Source: Thermoplasmatota archaeon (lineage in GTDB: Archaea; Thermoplasmatota; Thermoplasmata; UBA10834). Taken from it: a DNA stretch of 64,000 nt. The stretch lies in assembly GCA_040751795.1 (NCBI GenBank), contig JBFMHR010000005.1, positions 74,282 through 138,281 on the forward strand, given 5' to 3'. The notes beneath the pieces were generated by a model. It was not told where the DNA came from. It saw only the letters and a program-made list of their open reading frames with translations, and searched no databases. Made by a program: the position numbers and the translations under genes. Positions 57,861 to 64,000 of the stretch are shown here, piece by piece; position 1 is the stretch's first letter; each line of letters begins with the position of its first letter.

Positions 57861-59033
57861 ATGTCAGTGCGGCTAATAAGAGTGGTAATCTTCCACAATC
57901 TGCCAACATCATACAGACTCCAGTGGTTCCAGCACATTCTCCGAGACCCCGACCTCGACGTTAGGATATTCCTTACTGGACGACCCAGGTCGAATCGTCC
58001 GTATTGGGTCGATGCTCCGGAATTCCGAGATGGGCGGGTTACAGCCCTTCGCGGACTGGGCTTCCCGCTCAAAGGCCTAGACAATGACAGGTACAATATC
58101 AATCCCGGACTCTTGAGAGTCCTCGATGGGCGCCCAGATGTAGTCATGCTGTTCGGATACGCTGAGCCGACCAACCTCGCGGTCGCAATGCTTTGTCGAC
58201 TGAGAGGGATTCCTTACATACTGTCTGCCGAAGTGTCAGATGTCTGGGGCCAGTCTCTGACTGGAAGGATAAGCATGCCTCTTGTCAAGCGAGTAGTCAG
58301 GAACGCAGCTGGTCTAGCTCCGGCTAGCACGACGTGTGCTCGGTTCTTCGAGAGTCTTGGCGGAAATCGTGAGTCTATGTCGATTATTCCATGTGTTCCC
58401 GACGTTGAACCTCTCAGACGTGCGAGGGAATCGCTAGGATTAGATGCATCGATTATCAAGGATCGTTTGAATCTGAAGGGGATGTCCATCGTTCTGTTCG
58501 TTGGGCGATTGCACGACTACAAAGGGGTGCGCGAGGCAATCGAGGCGCTCGGAATAGTAAGGCGATCAAGACCTGACGTCGTGATGGTGATTGTGGGGAG
58601 CGGACCTTTGGGGAGTTATGTCGAGGAAATGAGCAGACAGCTGGCGCCTAACCTCATGTTCCTCGGAACTGTCGATGACGCTACTCTTCGGGACTTGTAC
58701 TTGGCATCGGATATACACATCATGCCTTCATGGCATGAGGCCTTTGGCGTCGTCTGTGCTGAAGCGCTCGGGTATGGAGTGCCATCAATAGTCACGCGAA
58801 CCTCAGGATGCAGCGATTTGGTGACCGATGGGGAGAATGGATACATCATCAATCCTGGAGATGCTCAGGAACTCGCCCATGCGATTATCGTGTCCCTCTC
58901 TGACCCGATTGCCCTCGACCGTATGAAGAAACTTGCTTTTTCGAAGTCAGAAGACTTTTCGATGAGCATCATTATGGCCAGGCTCAAGAGACTTATCCAT
59001 GAAGTGGCAGAGCGTTCACGAGTATCAAGATGA
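57861..59033 (+). CDS. Glycosyltransferase family 4
   Basis: C-terminal EAFGVVCAEALGYGVPSIVTRTSG (E-x7-E) signature. Confidence 0.75.
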   Translation: MSVRLIRVVIFHNLPTSYRLQWFQHILRDPDLDVRIFLTGRPRSNRPYWVDAPEFRDGRVTALRGLGFPLKGLDNDRYNINPGLLRVLDGRPDVVMLFGYAEPTNLAVAMLCRLRGIPYILSAEVSDVWGQSLTGRISMPLVKRVVRNAAGLAPASTTCARFFESLGGNRESMSIIPCVPDVEPLRRARESLGLDASIIKDRLNLKGMSIVLFVGRLHDYKGVREAIEALGIVRRSRPDVVMVIVGSGPLGSYVEEMSRQLAPNLMFLGTVDDATLRDLYLASDIHIMPSWHEAFGVVCAEALGYGVPSIVTRTSGCSDLVTDGENGYIINPGDAQELAHAIIVSLSDPIALDRMKKLAFSKSEDFSMSIIMARLKRLIHEVAERSRVSR

Positions 59034-59373
59034 CACTCAGCGAACGGTCAATTGAATTCTAGGGCGCGACTCATGATTCTCTCAAATGAGATATCGAGAC
59101 CTCCAATCGCAGGCGAGTTCTGAATCTCAACTCACCATCGCGCGTTAGTGGGGCGGCGCGTCTCGACTCAGCAGTCCCATTGGCTGCCTCTTTCCGCGAA
59201 CCACCGATTAGTGTGATGGAGACATGAAGTCCAAGCTTACGCCCTTCTGGAGGATTCTGCAGGGCAGGGCGAGGGAAAGACATATCTGTGCCGTTTGGCT
59301 ATTGCATCTTGCTGCCAATCAATAGGCACCGCTGAGGGATCGCTGGCTATTCATTAATCGAGGCTGTTGGAAG

Positions 59374-60654
59374 ATGTCGGATGCGGGAAATGGAACTGCG
59401 AATGTCATCAAAGATGCCTATGTCGAAGCCAGTAAGGAGACTCGCACGAGCGACTTGCCCACAGTCTACTTCCTGGGCGGCCACCATCCGTCAAACGAGC
59501 CATTCATACGATCTCCCCCTTCGAATGTGAGACTGTGTTCAAGGGTGACTGCGAAGGAATTCGAGGAATTCGGTAGGCTCAAACAGTATAGTGGCATGTG
59601 GCCGGTAATGAAGAAGACAAATGATGCTCTCTACAGATCCATTGGCATGCCGCGCCTTCTTCCTGTATTCGGCAGATACGACCTCGTGCACACGAATGGC
59701 TCAGTGATACCTTTGTGTCCCGGCCCATGGGTTGCCAGCATAGAGAACCCTTCAGCATTCTATGGATTCGATGAGAGGTGGCATGAGATTCCGCGTATGA
59801 GGAAACGGCTTGCATCATTCTTGATATCGGAGAGATGCAGGGCAATAATGCCATATTCAGAGGCATCAAAGAGGTACCTGATGATGGGGCTAGCTGACTG
59901 GAAAGAGACCCTCGAACTCAAGACCGAAGTCATTCCCCTAGCGATTGATAAACGCCTCATAAGGAAGAAACCTGAGGACTTGAAGGCTAGGGATGTATCT
60001 GAGAAGATGCGATTCCTCTTCGTTGGCAATCACTTCTTCGACAAAGGCGGACGGGAAGTCTTGAGAGCTTTCCGCAACATTCGTGATTATCACGACTCTG
60101 AACTCACAATCGTCACTTCCGCGCCACCGCACCACTCCAAGGAGTTCCAGGAGTACATACCTAAGATCAAGGCCGAGAAGGATGTAAGATTCTATCATAC
60201 TGGTATTCCAAGGTCTGAGCTAATGAAGCTCTATGACTCATCGCATGTGTTTGCGTTCCCATCATATATGGATCAAGTCCCGTTCGTATTCCTTGAAGCT
60301 ATGGCGGCAGGGTTGCCTCTGATAGGCTCCAACTCCTACGCGATGCCAGAGATGTCAATCGATGGCTCTAATGGCTTCGTTGTTGAGAGTCCTTGGGTTG
60401 CATTTCCTAAATCAGAGTTGAGAACTGTGCGCCATCTCGTCGCCTATCGCTCTGCAGTACTCGAGGAACGTAATTTCGACGGAGTTGTCGAGAACCTGAT
60501 TGATAAGATGAAGTTCCTGATTGACCACGAAGATACAAGGATGATGTTCGCCAGGGAGTCACTTGAGATGGTGATTAATGGCAGATACTCTTTGGGTTGC
60601 AGGAACAAGGCGTTGTCTGCCGTATACTCTAGGAGTCTGCCGAGAATTCGATGA
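59374..60654 (+). CDS. Glycosyltransferase family 4-like
   Basis: C-terminal PFVFLEAMAAGLPLIGSNSYAMPE signature. The N-terminal half is divergent. Confidence 0.6.
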   Translation: MSDAGNGTANVIKDAYVEASKETRTSDLPTVYFLGGHHPSNEPFIRSPPSNVRLCSRVTAKEFEEFGRLKQYSGMWPVMKKTNDALYRSIGMPRLLPVFGRYDLVHTNGSVIPLCPGPWVASIENPSAFYGFDERWHEIPRMRKRLASFLISERCRAIMPYSEASKRYLMMGLADWKETLELKTEVIPLAIDKRLIRKKPEDLKARDVSEKMRFLFVGNHFFDKGGREVLRAFRNIRDYHDSELTIVTSAPPHHSKEFQEYIPKIKAEKDVRFYHTGIPRSELMKLYDSSHVFAFPSYMDQVPFVFLEAMAAGLPLIGSNSYAMPEMSIDGSNGFVVESPWVAFPKSELRTVRHLVAYRSAVLEERNFDGVVENLIDKMKFLIDHEDTRMMFARESLEMVINGRYSLGCRNKALSAVYSRSLPRIR

Positions 60655-60981
60655 TAGTTTCATAGAGCGGGGCAGCCGATTGACGATTCTGGATTCATAA
60701 TCATCCACCAGAAGGGCCTGGTCATAGATATTGAACCCCAGTGTCCATCCCGAGCATATATCATTTGAACTCGACTTCGATTCGAACCACCCCGTTGCCC
60801 ATTCTCCGGTGTTGTACAGAAGTGGACGGACTTATGTGGCCAACGCTCGGCCGGGAGGAGGTTCCCACAGACTCTGTTGGGACTTGAACACAGAGGCCAT
60901 TTTTCCCACGCGATTCACCCAACCCGGTCTATTAATGGAGAGGATTATTATCTTCGATGCCTCTCCAAGCTTGGCTTCGAC

Positions 60982-61962
60982 ATGATTATCTCTAGGACTC
61001 CTTTGAGGGTCAGCCTCGCTGGCGGAGGCACGGATATGGCCGATTACTACCGCTCAGGTTTCGGGGCGGTCACTGCGTCCGCAATCAAGAAGTACATGTA
61101 TGTGACAGTGAACAAGAGGTTCGAGGACAACATCCGTGTCAGTTACTCCAAGACTGAGATCGTTGCTACCCTTGATGCGCTCGAGCACGGGATTGTCAGA
61201 GAGTGCCTCAGGAAAGTGGGTATAAGGAGCGGAATCGAGGTTACAACAATAGCAGACATCCCCTCGAAGGGCACAGGCCTGGGCTCGTCCTCCGCGCTTG
61301 CAGTGGGACTCCTGAATGCTCTATATGCCTTCAAAGGGTATCGAGCCTCTCCGAAGAAGCTCGCCGAGGAGGCGTGCGAGATCGAGATTGAGCAGCTGCA
61401 TGAGCCAATCGGCAAGCAGGATCAATATATGGCTGCCTATGGAGGGCTTCAGCACTTCAGGTTCAATGCGGATGAGACCGTACTTATAGACCCTGTCGTG
61501 TGTCCTGCGAAGACTAAGCGGGATATTGAGCAGCACCTGATGTTGTTCTTCACTGGCCGAAGCAGGAACGCTAGGGATATTCTGACAGCCCAGAAGAGCA
61601 ACGCAGGCAAGAAGAAGGAGACGCTCGACATCATGCGCGACCAGGCTGTCAGCCTCTTCCAGGACCTTGTCTCACTCCAGGTCGGCCGGATAGGGGAGGT
61701 CCTCAGGGAGGGGTGGAACCTGAAGAAGTCCCTGGCCGAAGGCATCTCGGACAAGGAGATAGATGCACTCATGGAGAAGGCGATGACTGCGGGAGCAGTC
61801 GGTGGCAAGATCACAGGGGCTGGGGGAGGAGGATTCATGGTGCTCTTCGTTCCTCCTGAGCGGCAATGGGGCGTGAGGAACGCACTCGTGGACCTCAAGG
61901 AGGTAGAATTCAAGATTGAACCTCAGGGTTCACGGATAATCTATGTCGGAGATGAGATGTGA
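60982..61962 (+). CDS. GHMP-family sugar kinase, D-glycero-D-manno-heptose-7-phosphate kinase (HddA)-like
   Basis: MIISRTPLRVSLAGGGTD N-terminus, GHMP motif PSKGTGLGSSSALAV, and C-terminal KITGAGGGGF. Confidence 0.75.
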   Translation: MIISRTPLRVSLAGGGTDMADYYRSGFGAVTASAIKKYMYVTVNKRFEDNIRVSYSKTEIVATLDALEHGIVRECLRKVGIRSGIEVTTIADIPSKGTGLGSSSALAVGLLNALYAFKGYRASPKKLAEEACEIEIEQLHEPIGKQDQYMAAYGGLQHFRFNADETVLIDPVVCPAKTKRDIEQHLMLFFTGRSRNARDILTAQKSNAGKKKETLDIMRDQAVSLFQDLVSLQVGRIGEVLREGWNLKKSLAEGISDKEIDALMEKAMTAGAVGGKITGAGGGGFMVLFVPPERQWGVRNALVDLKEVEFKIEPQGSRIIYVGDEM

Positions 61963-62555
61963 TGGGTGACGTGGATCATCGGACTGTCAAGTATCTTGAT
62001 GAGGTCATCCGTTCCCTTGAGGGCATGAAGAGAGACTTCCCCTCGAAGGCGACCGAGATCGTCTCAATACTGACTCGAGCCAGAACCTCCGGAAAGAAGG
62101 TGTACGTGATGGGGAACGGCGGCAGCGCATCGACCGCCTCGCACATGGCGTCCGACCTCAACAAGGGTGCCAACAGGGACGATGCCCCCAGGTTCAGAGC
62201 GATAGCGTTGACCGACAACATCCCATTGATGATGGCCTGGGCGAATGATTCCTCCTATGATGATGTGTTCGTGGAGCAGCTGAGAAATCACCTCGAGGAG
62301 GGCGACGTGGTCATAGGGATCAGCGGTTCTGGCAACTCCCCGAACGTGTTGAAGGCGGTCGAATATGCCAACACGAACGGGGCAGTCACGATAGGCATCA
62401 CCGGCTTTGACGGCGGGAAGCTGGCCAAGATGGCGAGAGTCGCCTACGTCGTCCCTTCGCACTGCATGCAACAGGTGGAGGACGCACACTTGATTATGGA
62501 ACACATGCTCTCCATGATACTGAGGGACTCCCCGGAATGCGCCTGCGGGCGATGA
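61962..62555 (+). CDS. gmhA: Phosphoheptose (sedoheptulose-7-P) isomerase, SIS domain
   Basis: VYVMGNGGSASTASHMASDL and VVIGISGSGNSPNV are GmhA signatures. The start overlaps the upstream stop by 1 nt. Confidence 0.8.
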   Translation: MGDVDHRTVKYLDEVIRSLEGMKRDFPSKATEIVSILTRARTSGKKVYVMGNGGSASTASHMASDLNKGANRDDAPRFRAIALTDNIPLMMAWANDSSYDDVFVEQLRNHLEEGDVVIGISGSGNSPNVLKAVEYANTNGAVTIGITGFDGGKLAKMARVAYVVPSHCMQQVEDAHLIMEHMLSMILRDSPECACGR

Positions 62556-62582
62556 GGACCTCCGAGATCGGAATGAGATACA

Positions 62583-63170
62583 ATGCCCACCCACTTCACG
62601 TCCCCGAAGGGAAGGATTGCAGTCTTCGTCGACAGGGACGGAACGATATGTTTCGACAGACACTATCTTGCGGATCCAGATGGCCTTGAGCTGATACCTA
62701 CGGTGATTGAAGGCATCAAGAAGCTCAATGACGTGGGTCTGCCCGTCATAGTGGTGACGAACCAGTCCGGAATAGCCAGGGGCAAGTTCGACGAGAAGCG
62801 ATTGGATGAGATCCATGCGAGGTTGCGCGGGCTTTTGTCTGCAGGCGGCGCTCACATAGACGACCTCTTCTTCTGTCCTCATATGCCGGATGCAGGGTGC
62901 AGATGCAGGAAACCCGCTGTGGGGATGCTCCTGGATGCAGCCGATAGACATGGAATCCACCTGAAAGGGTCGTTCATGATTGGGGATAGGATGATGGACA
63001 TCGAGATGGCACACAAGGTGGGTGCCAGGGCCGCGTTGGTTCCGGAGCCCGGCGACCAGTACGACGTCGCGTCTGAGATGAGACTGTCGAGGGAGAGACC
63101 AGACATCCAGTTGAATACGTTCGTCGAAGCAGTGGATTGGATTCTGGGCAATATCAGAGATGAACCGTAG
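62583..63170 (+). CDS. gmhB: D,D-heptose-1,7-bisphosphate phosphatase (HAD family, GmhB-like)
   Basis: VFVDRDGTI HAD motif I. VVTNQSGIARG. CPHMPDAGCRCRKP zinc-binding loop typical of GmhB. Confidence 0.75.
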   Translation: MPTHFTSPKGRIAVFVDRDGTICFDRHYLADPDGLELIPTVIEGIKKLNDVGLPVIVVTNQSGIARGKFDEKRLDEIHARLRGLLSAGGAHIDDLFFCPHMPDAGCRCRKPAVGMLLDAADRHGIHLKGSFMIGDRMMDIEMAHKVGARAALVPEPGDQYDVASEMRLSRERPDIQLNTFVEAVDWILGNIRDEP

Positions 63171-64000
63171 TGTTCTCGCCCACGACCAGTCTCTCTCCTT
63201 TGGGGAGCATGCCCGCCGAACTGAGTATCTTCGACCCTCTGCCGATGACGCTTCTGACGATCTTGCGTTCCACGTTGATGACGGCGTCCTCCATGACCAT
63301 GGAGTCGTCGACCTCGGCTGACGATATCTGGCACCTGTCCCCCACTGCGGTGTAGGGGCCGATGTACGCCCCTGGGCCTATCTTGCACCCTTCGCCGATT
63401 ATCGCCGGTCCCCTGACGACGGACCTTCCAGTGACTACCGTCCCCTTGCCAATCCTGACCCTCCCAACCACAGAGGAGCCAGATTCGATCTTTCCATCGT
63501 TCAATGATTCGATTCCATCGAGGATGAGGTGGTTCGCATCGAGAATGTCATCAGGCCTTCCTGTGTCCTTCCACCATCCCTCGACGCGGTGAGGCGTGAC
63601 CTTGTAACCCGCATCTATCAGCATGGAGATCGCGTCGGTTATCTCCATCTCATTCCTCCAGGAGGGCCTCAACCTGGGATACACCTCGAAGAAGGTGGAG
63701 TTGAAGGCGTAGATACCTATCACTGCCAGGTCCGACTTCGGTTCCTTCGGCTTCTCCACGGTCCTGAGCACGGTCTTCCCGTCCTCAGACAGCTCCGCGA
63801 TGCCATACCTCTGGGGCTCCTTCACGGGCATGAGGGATATCACACAGTCAGCCTTCTCTTCGGCCATCTTCTTCGGGATCTCCCGGATGCCCGATTTCAG
63901 CAGGTTGTCTCCGAGGTAGACTATGAACGGGTCGTCACCCATGAACTCCTTTGAGCAGTTCACCGCATGGGCGATACCCATGGGCTTCCCCTGCACGATG
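63154..64000 (-). CDS. Sugar-1-phosphate nucleotidyltransferase with C-terminal left-handed beta-helix, partial (N-terminus beyond window end)
   Basis: The C-terminal part of an NTP-transferase domain (LGDNLL, EKPK) is followed by LbH repeats (IGKGTVVTGRSVV, IGEGCKIGPGAYIGPYT). Convergent with gmhB, 17-nt overlap. Confidence 0.7.
   Translation of the reverse strand, partial: IVQGKPMGIAHAVNCSKEFMGDDPFIVYLGDNLLKSGIREIPKKMAEEKADCVISLMPVKEPQRYGIAELSEDGKTVLRTVEKPKEPKSDLAVIGIYAFNSTFFEVYPRLRPSWRNEMEITDAISMLIDAGYKVTPHRVEGWWKDTGRPDDILDANHLILDGIESLNDGKIESGSSVVGRVRIGKGTVVTGRSVVRGPAIIGEGCKIGPGAYIGPYTAVGDRCQISSAEVDDSMVMEDAVINVERKIVRSVIGRGSKILSSAGMLPKGERLVVGENTTVHL

Overview
This 64-kb window looks archaeal. 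Several genes have TATA-like boxes about 25-30 nt upstream of apparently leaderless ATGs, and the gene set includes PurP, Nep1, a Trm112-like protein, an archaeosortase-like protein and an AglH/WecA-type phosphoglycosyltransferase. The window has two compositional regimes, judged by eye only. (1) From about 1 to 24,340 and from about 25,500 to 31,500 the DNA is GC-rich, with acidic predicted proteins. This part holds housekeeping genes: transporters, purP-nep1, an aspartate aminotransferase, serA, and an IscS-DsrE-TusA sulfur-relay trio next to a LarC-N-terminal-like gene. It also holds a small UDP-sugar block (Gfo/Idh/MocA oxidoreductase, epimerase, nucleotide-sugar dehydrogenase) placed next to a large, very acidic, sequon-rich putative surface (S-layer-like) protein. 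Further along are UppP, a PKD-like lipoprotein, an S8 subtilase with an odd C-terminal extension, a Kelch-repeat protein, a DUF835 membrane protein, an Lrp regulator and an MFS transporter. (2) From about 31,500 to the window end at 64,000 the DNA is visibly lower in GC and forms an island of at least 32 kb. A roughly 1.1-kb low-GC patch at 24,350-25,500 carries a radical-SAM/SPASM gene. The island is a dense surface-glycan biosynthesis locus. It carries an archaeosortase-like protein, a radical SAM/SPASM protein, five GT4 and one GT2 glycosyltransferases, a Wzx-like flippase, and a FdtA/FdtB/FdtC-like set (3,4-ketoisomerase, DegT aminotransferase, NeuD/PglD-like acetyltransferase). It also carries a methyltransferase, a polysaccharide pyruvyl transferase paired with an FrhB-like iron-sulfur protein, an AglH-like initiating phosphoglycosyltransferase, and two paralogous polytopic membrane proteins whose first-loop acidic motif is typical of GT-C-fold enzymes. 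At the end is a complete-looking nucleotide-heptose module (HddA kinase, GmhA isomerase, GmhB phosphatase, sugar-1-P nucleotidyltransferase). The island also holds decayed IS/transposase fragments and a truncated acetyltransferase, so it looks mosaic. No rRNA, tRNA or CRISPR array was recognised. Many long ORFs in the supplied track are antisense or alternate-frame artefacts of GC-rich DNA and were ignored. Coordinates for starts were derived from the ORF track plus residue counting. The two features absent from the track (the partial DMT transporter and the Trm112-like gene) are approximate to within 2 nt.
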